Notes under the pieces: model-generated
Seen by the model: only the letters and a program-made list of their open reading frames with translations
Told to the model about the DNA's origin: nothing
Databases searched by the model: none
Made by a program: the position numbers and the translations under genes
Part shown: positions 57,082 to 64,000 of the stretch, piece by piece
Position numbering within the stretch: the stretch's first letter is position 1
Layout: the number at the start of each line of letters is the position of its first letter
Source: Pseudorhodoplanes sp.
Lineage (GTDB): Bacteria; Pseudomonadota; Alphaproteobacteria; Rhizobiales; Xanthobacteraceae
Assembly (NCBI RefSeq): GCF_035565795.1
Contig: NZ_DATMRV010000200.1
Span: forward strand, 496 to 64,495
Direction: 5' to 3'
DNA length: 64,000 bases

Positions 57082-57561
57082 TTAACGCGCGGGCTGCTGC
57101 GCCGCCGCCGATACGCCGGCGCCGTCCGACTCGAACCCGACGAACGGATCAAGCCCGTGCTGACGGCATTGCGCCAGCACGCTTCCGACGTCGATGCGAT
57201 CCCTGGAAAGTTCGATCAGCCTTGCCTGCCGGGCCAGACCGTCTCGCGTTTCGATGACGGCGATAAACGGCCGATACCCGACCCACGCGCCGGAATCGAC
57301 CTGGGCGTTCAACTGGCCGCAATAATACTCGGTCTCGGCAGGAGATTTCGGAAACTTCGTCCAGCGGAATTCCGCGAAGGCAGGGTTCGGCAGCGTCGCA
57401 ACCACGCCCTGCCGCACGACCGCCTTTTCGGCTTCACTGAAGCGGCGCAGGTCCTCGGTGGGATAGCGCGCAGGGATAGCCGTCGCCGGAACCAGAGGGT
57501 TCTCACGAAGGCAGCCTGTGCAGCACAACGCTACGGTGGCGAGCGCAAGGAACTTCTTCAT
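57082..57561 (-). CDS. Hypothetical lipoprotein
   Basis: MKKFLALATVALCCTGC signal/lipobox; YYCGQLNA...G...GYRPF motif. Confidence 0.75.
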   Translation of the reverse strand: MKKFLALATVALCCTGCLRENPLVPATAIPARYPTEDLRRFSEAEKAVVRQGVVATLPNPAFAEFRWTKFPKSPAETEYYCGQLNAQVDSGAWVGYRPFIAVIETRDGLARQARLIELSRDRIDVGSVLAQCRQHGLDPFVGFESDGAGVSAAAQQPAR

Positions 57562-57893
57562 CACAGCGGGTGCGCGAAAGGACGTGGCGTGAAAAGGTTC
57601 GATTCCCAAAGCAACGCAAACAGCCTAACGAGCGCCGGAGCCCTTGGCGACATCGTGGCCTGCCCGGGCCGGAGACTTTGACCGAACGTGTCATATTAGT
57701 CACAAAACATGCATCACATTGAAAAATAAAGATATTTTATCCCGCTCTGCCCGTGACGGCTGCAGGGCTGGAGTTGTCCCCGTGCCCCGGAATTTACGTT
57801 TTACCCCGAGGTTATCGTCGGCTAATTGAAGGCGTTTCGTTGACAAGGTCCGGCCTTGGCTCGCGGCGCCGATTCTTTGGAAAGTTTCAATTC

Positions 57894-58919
57894 ATGGCGG
57901 AAGCCACTGTGAAGGCGAAATCGGGCGCGAGCGATCGCGACGCCAGCATTATCCGTTCCGGTCTACAGACCCTCGACGCCGCAGGCAGCGGTATCGCAGC
58001 TCTGTCCGGGGCACTGCGCGACGGGCTCGGCCGTGCATTCACGGCGGCTGTCGAAATCATCGATGCTCGCCGAAAGGATGAAACCAAGGGCCGCCTCATC
58101 GTCACCGGCATGGGAAAATCCGGCCACGTGGCGCGCAAACTCGCGGCGACGTTTGCGTCAACCGGCACGCCGGCGTTTTTCGTGCATCCGAGCGAAGCGA
58201 GCCACGGCGACCTTGGCATGATCCAGGATGAGGATGTGATCCTTGCCCTGTCATGGTCAGGTGAAACCGCCGAACTGAAGAATATCATCGATTACGCGAA
58301 GCGCCGGAATATCGCGTTGATCGGCATGACCTCGGATGCGAACTCCACGCTCGGTCGCGCTTCCGATGTGGTTCTGACGTTGCCGCAGGTACGCGAAGCC
58401 TGTCCGCACAATCTGGCCCCCACAACATCCTCGCTCATGCAGCTTGCGCTCGGCGATGCGCTGGCAATCACCCTTCTGGAAACCCGCGGATTCTCGCCAA
58501 CCGATTTCCATGTGCTTCACCCCGGTGGACGGCTGGGCGCATTGCTGAAGCTGGCGCGCGATGTGATGCGGACCGGAACTCAGATGCCGACGGTGATTTT
58601 GGGCGCCCGGATGTCGGACGCCGTGGTCGAAATGTCCGCAAAGGGACTGGGCTGCGTCGGCATCGTGGATGCGCATGGGTCGTTGTGCGGGATCATCACC
58701 GACGGCGATCTGCGCCGCCATATGGGTCCGGGACTGACGGAATCTGCAGTCGAAGACGTGATGACACGCAATCCGAAAACATGCCGCCCGGATCAACTCG
58801 TCAGTGAAGTGATCGAGGTGCTCAACTCGTCCAAAATCACCGCGATGTTCGTGGTCGAGGAGCATCGTCCGGTCGGCATCCTGCATCTGCATGACCTTCT
58901 GCGCATGGGCGCAGCCTGA
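57894..58919 (+). CDS. kdsD: Arabinose-5-phosphate isomerase (KpsF/GutQ)
   Basis: TGMGKSGHVARK, HPSEASHGDLG, SWSGET, APTTS, HPGGRLG, CBS pair with TDGDLRR. Confidence 0.95.
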   Translation: MAEATVKAKSGASDRDASIIRSGLQTLDAAGSGIAALSGALRDGLGRAFTAAVEIIDARRKDETKGRLIVTGMGKSGHVARKLAATFASTGTPAFFVHPSEASHGDLGMIQDEDVILALSWSGETAELKNIIDYAKRRNIALIGMTSDANSTLGRASDVVLTLPQVREACPHNLAPTTSSLMQLALGDALAITLLETRGFSPTDFHVLHPGGRLGALLKLARDVMRTGTQMPTVILGARMSDAVVEMSAKGLGCVGIVDAHGSLCGIITDGDLRRHMGPGLTESAVEDVMTRNPKTCRPDQLVSEVIEVLNSSKITAMFVVEEHRPVGILHLHDLLRMGAA

Positions 58920-58929
58920 CCTGTCTGTC

Positions 58930-59970
58930 ATGCATGCGCTGATCGAGCCGTTCCGGCATGGGGCGATGGCCGGCGTCGCGGTCGTTGCTGCTGCGGCGGC
59001 ACTCACTGGCCTGCTGATAGTTTGGCTTCGCCCGTGGCTCGTCCGCTATGCGATGGCGAGACCTAATGCACGCTCATCGCATCGCACGCCTACCCCGCAG
59101 GGTGGCGGCATCGCCGTTATTGGAAGCTTTGTTGTCGTTTCGATTCTGGCGATGCTTCTGTCGGGGCAGTTCAGTGCTACGACGATTTCTGCCGTCGCGG
59201 CGGCATTCGGCGCCGCCATCCTTATTGCCGTTCTTGGCGCAGTCGACGACATCCGCCCGATAGCGGTCGTGCCTCGCCTCGCAATCCAGATCCTCGCCGT
59301 ATCGATTGTCATTCTGTCGCTTCCGGCGGAATTCCAGATGACTCCGTTCCTGCCATGGTGGCTGGAGCGGATTATGCTCATCCTCGCGGGCACTTGGTTC
59401 GTGAACCTCGTGAACTTCATGGACGGCCTCGACTGGATGACAGTCGCCGAATTCGTGCCGCTGACAGCCGGTCTTGTCCTGCTTGGCGCGACGGGCGCCC
59501 TTCCTCCCTATGCCATCGTCTGTGCGCTGGCTTTGCTCGGGGCCTTGATCGGTTTTGCGCCATTCAACCGTCCGGTGGCGCGGCTCTTCCTCGGCGATGT
59601 GGGCAGCCTTCCGATCGGTCTGATTATCGGGTGGTTGCTGGCTCTGCTCGCCGACAAGGGCCACCTCGCCGCAGCGATCCTGCTACCGCTCTATTATCTC
59701 GTCGATGCCACCGTCACCCTGATCCGCCGTCTGGCCAAGGGCGAGCGCGTCTGGCAGGCGCACCGCACGCACTTTTACCAGCGCGCCACCGACAACGGTT
59801 TCAGCGTGCGCCAGGTGATAGCGCGGGTCTTCATCGTCAACATTCTGCTCGTCGTCCTTGCCGCCATCTGCGTACGGATCAATACTCCGATAGCTGAAAT
59901 CGCAGCGCTTGCTGCGGGTGCTGCGATCGTCGGCTCCTTGCTCATGCGCTTTTCACGAAGGTTGACGTGA
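58930..59970 (+). CDS. MraY/WecA-family undecaprenyl-phosphate sugar-1-phosphate transferase (WbpL-like)
   Basis: PNARSSH..PTPQGGG, GAVDD, NLVNFMDGLD, FLGDVGSL, AHRTHFYQ. Confidence 0.92.
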   Translation: MHALIEPFRHGAMAGVAVVAAAAALTGLLIVWLRPWLVRYAMARPNARSSHRTPTPQGGGIAVIGSFVVVSILAMLLSGQFSATTISAVAAAFGAAILIAVLGAVDDIRPIAVVPRLAIQILAVSIVILSLPAEFQMTPFLPWWLERIMLILAGTWFVNLVNFMDGLDWMTVAEFVPLTAGLVLLGATGALPPYAIVCALALLGALIGFAPFNRPVARLFLGDVGSLPIGLIIGWLLALLADKGHLAAAILLPLYYLVDATVTLIRRLAKGERVWQAHRTHFYQRATDNGFSVRQVIARVFIVNILLVVLAAICVRINTPIAEIAALAAGAAIVGSLLMRFSRRLT

Positions 59971-60887
59971 TGCGCGTATTGGTGACCGGAGCGAGCGGCT
60001 TCGTCGGGAGAGCGCTCACGAGGAGCCTGGCCAAAGCGGGCTTTCACGTCCGCGCGGCGGCACGCAATCGCGCGAAGATTCCAGCGGCCGAATTCGTCGA
60101 AGCGGTCGAGATGCCGGACCTGTCACAGCCGGTCGATTGGCGCCCGTTGCTCGTCGACATCGACGCAGTCGTGCACCTCGCCGGGCTCGCACATGTCTCG
60201 GGCAACATTTCCGACGCGCGTTACGACCGCATCAACAAGCTGGCGACCAAGGAACTGGCGCTGCAGTCGTCGCTCACGCCCACCATCCGACGATTCGTAT
60301 TCGTATCGTCGATCCGCGCGCAGACTGGTCCCTCCGCCGCACATGTCCTGACCGAAGACGCCCCCCCGGCCCCGACCGATGCCTACGGCCGTTCCAAGCT
60401 CGCGGCAGAAGCATTCGTACGCGGATACGGTGCGCCCTACACCATTCTTCGTCCGGTGGTCATCTACGGCGAGGGCGCGCGCGCCAATGTCGGGCAACTG
60501 GTGCGGCTGGCACGATTGCCGGTGCCGCTCCCTTTCGGCTCATTCGACTCGCGACGCTCGCTGCTCGCGCTCGAAAACATGTTGTCGGCAATCCGGTTCG
60601 TGCTGGAACATCCCGCGACCGCAGGTCAGACCTATATCGTTGCCGATCCCCTACCGCTTTCGATCGCCGACATGATCGCGACGCTGCGTGAAGCGCGCGG
60701 CCGCTCGCCGAAGCTCGTGCGTGTCCCGCCACGCCTGGTGGGCGCAACCATGCGCGGACTTGGCAAGCGCCAAGCGTGGGAGCGCATTGGCTCGCCGCTT
60801 GTAGCCGACGTTACCAAGCTGCGCGATGCGGGGTGGAGTCCGCCAACCGACACCCGCAACGCTCTCGCCCGCCTTGCTCGCACATAG
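59967..60887 (+). CDS. NAD-dependent epimerase/reductase (WbpK/WbpV-like)
   Basis: TGASGFVG, HLAGLAH, FVSSI, YGRSKLAAE, LRP..IYG. Confidence 0.9.
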   Translation: MMRVLVTGASGFVGRALTRSLAKAGFHVRAAARNRAKIPAAEFVEAVEMPDLSQPVDWRPLLVDIDAVVHLAGLAHVSGNISDARYDRINKLATKELALQSSLTPTIRRFVFVSSIRAQTGPSAAHVLTEDAPPAPTDAYGRSKLAAEAFVRGYGAPYTILRPVVIYGEGARANVGQLVRLARLPVPLPFGSFDSRRSLLALENMLSAIRFVLEHPATAGQTYIVADPLPLSIADMIATLREARGRSPKLVRVPPRLVGATMRGLGKRQAWERIGSPLVADVTKLRDAGWSPPTDTRNALARLART

Positions 60888-60920
60888 CGACGATTGCGGC
60901 GCTCGGCGTGCAGGACAAGC

Positions 60921-62828
60921 TTACGCCGCCTCGCCCTTGAAATCGGGCACAGCATCGCGAAGGACGCGGTAGATCGCGCTGCGGTCTTCCCGCGCAAGAC
61001 CCTTTTCCAGCGTGGCCAGCCAGCCGCGCATCGTTTCGAGCGACGGCGACAGCGGCCGCGCCGCCGCGACCCCGGCAATTCCAATCTCCGCGGTCGGCTC
61101 TTCGCGCGCAAACAGGATTTCGTGCAGCCGCTCGCCGGGCCGGATTCCGGTGAAGGTGATGTCGATATCGCGCCCCGGCTCCAGGCCGGACAGCCGAATG
61201 ATGCGCTCTGCGAGTTCCACGATCTTTACCGGCTGCCCCATGTTGAGCACGTAGACGGCAACATCGGAGCGCTGCGGCCCTAGGGCATGGGAGGCCGCGG
61301 TCACAACCAGATCGCAAGCTTCGCGGATGGTCATGAAGTAGCGAACCATATCCGGATGCGTGACGGTCACCGGACCGCCGGCTTCGATCTGCGCCTTGAA
61401 CTTCGGAACCACCGAGCCATTCGACGCCAGCACGTTTCCGAAGCGTACTGCGATCAACCGCATCGGCGTTGTGTCGCCCTTGCGTGCGAATTGCGCATCG
61501 AGCGCCTGGCAATACATTTCTGCGAAACGCTTGGTTGCGCCCAGCACCGAAACCGGCTCGATCGCCTTGTCGGTAGAAATCATCACCATCGCGGATGCGC
61601 CGGCGGCCGATGCCGCATCGGCGACATTCACGGAACCAAACACATTGGTCTTGATGCCCTCGTCCCAGTCGCGTTCCAGGATCGGCACGTGCTTCAGCGC
61701 GGCAGCGTGGAACACGATATCGGGCTTGAACTCGGACATCAGGCGATGGATGCGATCGCGGTCGCGGATGTCGGCGATCCGTCCGATGATCGTGGCGTTT
61801 GACTGCTTGCCGGCCAGCAGTTCGAGCACGGCATGCAGGGCCGGTTCCGAATTTTCGATCACCAACAGGCGGTCCGCGCCGAAGGTCACGACGCGATCAC
61901 AGATTTCGGCCCCGATCGATCCACCCCCGCCGGTCACGACGACCGATCGCCCCTTGATGAAGCTCTCGAGCCGCCGGTAATCGATTTTCACGCTCGGCCG
62001 CAGAAGCAGGTCTTCGACATTGACCGGCGCAAGCCGCAAGGCCTCGACGCCATCGTCGAGCGACGGCAGCCGGCTGGTGCTGAGACCGAGCCGGCGCGCC
62101 CGCATCAGCAGCGTATCGGTCTTCACATCCGGCTCGAACGCTGACGGCGTCAACACCACGCGCCGGACATCAGTTCCGCGATCCGACAGGCGCGCAACGG
62201 CGCGCTCGATATCGTCGAAGTGACCGAGAACCGGAATGCCTCGGATCGACTGTCCTTGATCCGAGCGCGAGGGCGACAGCACGCCGACCGGCCAGGTCTT
62301 CTTCACCGCGCCGCTCTCGATCGCGCGCAGCAGCACTTCGGCGTCCGCGGCACGGCCCAGAATAAGGGTCGGTGCCGAATCGGACTTCCGCGCATGCAGT
62401 CTCGCGCGTGAATAGCGGAAATAGCGGTACGCAACGCGCGGGCCACCCAGGAAGAACATCTGGAGGACCCAGTAGATCAGGATCGTGGTCTTGCCGAAGA
62501 AGAACGTGCCGTAAAGGTTCGGGGCGATCAGAACATAATCGAGGACCAGCAGCGTAAGCGCGATGACCGATGCAGACCGGAAGATATTGAAAAGGTCCGG
62601 AAGCGAGGCGAAGCGCCACTTCGCGTCGTCGAGATGAAAGAATGAATAGACGACCGCGGCATAGACCATCACCAACGGAACGATGATCCAGAGCCAGTCG
62701 GCCCTCTCCGCAAACCCGGCACCCTCGAAACGAATATAGAACGCGGCCAGCAACGCGGCCGCCGTCATCAGCAGATCATGCGCGATGATCAGCGCCTTGC
62801 GGACTGTCATGGTACGGAAATTGAACAT
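60921..62828 (-). CDS. Membrane-bound UDP-GlcNAc 4,6-dehydratase (WbpM/PglF/CapD)
   Basis: Four N-terminal TM helices, EDLLLR, TGGGGSIGAEI, HAAALKHVP, STDKAIEP, RFGNVLASNGSVVP, GIRPGERLHE. Confidence 0.93.
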   Translation of the reverse strand: MFNFRTMTVRKALIIAHDLLMTAAALLAAFYIRFEGAGFAERADWLWIIVPLVMVYAAVVYSFFHLDDAKWRFASLPDLFNIFRSASVIALTLLVLDYVLIAPNLYGTFFFGKTTILIYWVLQMFFLGGPRVAYRYFRYSRARLHARKSDSAPTLILGRAADAEVLLRAIESGAVKKTWPVGVLSPSRSDQGQSIRGIPVLGHFDDIERAVARLSDRGTDVRRVVLTPSAFEPDVKTDTLLMRARRLGLSTSRLPSLDDGVEALRLAPVNVEDLLLRPSVKIDYRRLESFIKGRSVVVTGGGGSIGAEICDRVVTFGADRLLVIENSEPALHAVLELLAGKQSNATIIGRIADIRDRDRIHRLMSEFKPDIVFHAAALKHVPILERDWDEGIKTNVFGSVNVADAASAAGASAMVMISTDKAIEPVSVLGATKRFAEMYCQALDAQFARKGDTTPMRLIAVRFGNVLASNGSVVPKFKAQIEAGGPVTVTHPDMVRYFMTIREACDLVVTAASHALGPQRSDVAVYVLNMGQPVKIVELAERIIRLSGLEPGRDIDITFTGIRPGERLHEILFAREEPTAEIGIAGVAAARPLSPSLETMRGWLATLEKGLAREDRSAIYRVLRDAVPDFKGEAA

Positions 62829-62841
62829 CGCGGGACCGGTT

Positions 62842-63942
62842 TCACTGACTGAATAGCGGCCTTTTGGCCGCAACGCTACCGGCCCCTCCCGCAGCCAACG
62901 CCTCCTCGGCGGCGGCCAGCACGGGGTCGATGGGCATCTGGTCAAGGCAGAGGCTGTGACTCGTGATCTTGCGCAGACAGCCCTCGAGCCGGCAGGGCAT
63001 GCAGGGCAACGGACACTGGATCAGCCAGACATTTCCGCGGCGCTGAACATCCCCCGCGGTATCCCACGGTTCCAGCAGCCCGGAGGCAGGCCAGGGGCCC
63101 CAGCGGCGTGGATCGGTCGGGCCGTACATCGTCACGGTCGGACACCCTGCCGCGGCGGCAAGATGCGTCACCGATGTGTCCGGACCGGCGAACAGGGCCG
63201 CCCCGCGTGCGAGCGAAGCCAGCTCCGTCCAGTTGAGCCGGCCATCCAGCCGCGCGATCGGGACACCGTCCCAGACCCGGTCGAGATAGGCGCGCTCCTC
63301 CGCACCAGGCCCTCCGGTCGCGACGAGTTGCAGTCCCTTGGCGGAAAGCAAGCCGGCCAAGGCTCGCCAGCCATCCTCCCGCCATTGCTTGTAGCGGAAG
63401 AACGGCGCGGCATGCAGCACGGCATAGGATTCCGCGGGCTGCAGAATGGAGGCCGCGCCGTTCGGCACGACGACCTCCGCAACGCTATCGATGCCGAGGG
63501 CCCGAGCCAGCAGCAGCGTCTCCTCGACTCGATGCACGTCGCTGCGTGACGGCACCGGCCTGCCGAGCATCATTGCCTTGATGCGTCCGTTGAGGTTCGG
63601 ATCGACCATCCCGGCCGTCCGGCGCCCCGCGGCGATCGCAAACGATGTCGGCCGGTCGCCCGGCTGCGTACTGATCGCGAGATCGTAGCCACGCCACAGG
63701 CGCCTCCCGAGCGCAAGCGTCTGCGCCGTTGTCCCGCGCGCGGGCGCCGTCACCACGGCATCGATGTCGGCGTTACCGGAGAGGATCGGCGCCGTGTCCG
63801 CAAACACGAGAGCTTCAATATGCGCTCTGGGCCAGGCGCGCCGCAGACTACGGATCAGCGGTGTGGTCAGCAAGACGTCACCGAGGCGACGCAACGCGAC
63901 GACAAGGATCCGCGGCCGCTCGGGAAGATCGATCCGGGCCAT
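62842..63942 (-). CDS. Glycosyltransferase family 9 (heptosyltransferase-like)
   Basis: RRLGDVLLTTPLI, KQW, DTSVTHLAAA, YGPTDP.RWGP, PC.PC...GC. Confidence 0.92.
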   Translation of the reverse strand: MARIDLPERPRILVVALRRLGDVLLTTPLIRSLRRAWPRAHIEALVFADTAPILSGNADIDAVVTAPARGTTAQTLALGRRLWRGYDLAISTQPGDRPTSFAIAAGRRTAGMVDPNLNGRIKAMMLGRPVPSRSDVHRVEETLLLARALGIDSVAEVVVPNGAASILQPAESYAVLHAAPFFRYKQWREDGWRALAGLLSAKGLQLVATGGPGAEERAYLDRVWDGVPIARLDGRLNWTELASLARGAALFAGPDTSVTHLAAAAGCPTVTMYGPTDPRRWGPWPASGLLEPWDTAGDVQRRGNVWLIQCPLPCMPCRLEGCLRKITSHSLCLDQMPIDPVLAAAEEALAAGGAGSVAAKRPLFSQ

Positions 63943-64000
63943 CACGACGACGACGACAACCCGTGCGACTGCGACAGCACTGCGCCGCCAGCTACACCGA
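63942..64000 (-). CDS. 3' end of a gene running off the window; possibly O-antigen ligase family
   Basis: Minus frame reads ...GVAGGAVLSQSHGLSSSS* with a TGATG overlap into the GT9 start; GVAGG.VL resembles C-termini of rhizobial O-antigen ligases (recall, only about 18 codons visible). Confidence 0.45.
   Translation of the reverse strand, partial: GVAGGAVLSQSHGLSSSS

Noticed and set aside
63945-63957. (CGA)4 microsatellite
   Set aside because: Encodes a short Ser run at a C-terminus; too short to suggest phase variation.

Overview
GC-rich alphaproteobacterial chromosome segment (gene content points to Hyphomicrobiales; inference). 1-2.3 kb is an accessory, RNA-rich stretch. It holds a DUF3800 (RNase H-like) gene with a convergent, strongly structured antisense ncRNA at its 3' end, a divergent 47-aa basic microprotein missed by the ORF track, a possible second related small RNA upstream, and a separate ~400-500 nt highly base-paired intergenic element. 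2.3-24.5 kb is mostly ordinary metabolism and transport: FAH hydrolase, TPP-riboswitch-controlled thiM-thiE-thiD plus an orphan TRAP binding protein, TTT binding protein, flavin monooxygenase, two HupE/UreJ, DMT, cytochromes c, RND pump, murJ, gnnA/gnnB-like pair and transaldolase. 24.5-64 kb is a large surface-glycan locus. It contains nucleotide-sugar genes, a flippase/MTase-GT2/MTase/GT-C module, and a 20-gene, more AT-rich operon headed by a MarR-like regulator and an RfaH-like antiterminator, with a predicted double operator and an ops-like site. That operon encodes a pseudaminic acid pathway lacking PseH, WbqC, a glutaminase-less amide ligase, a sulfotransferase, methyltransferases, a kinase and an ABC flippase. 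LPS genes follow (asnB-like, kdsD, WbpL/K/M-like, GT9, partial O-antigen ligase). No rRNA, intact tRNA, CRISPR array, transposase or integrase was seen. All calls are by eye from sequence motifs; no database searches were run.
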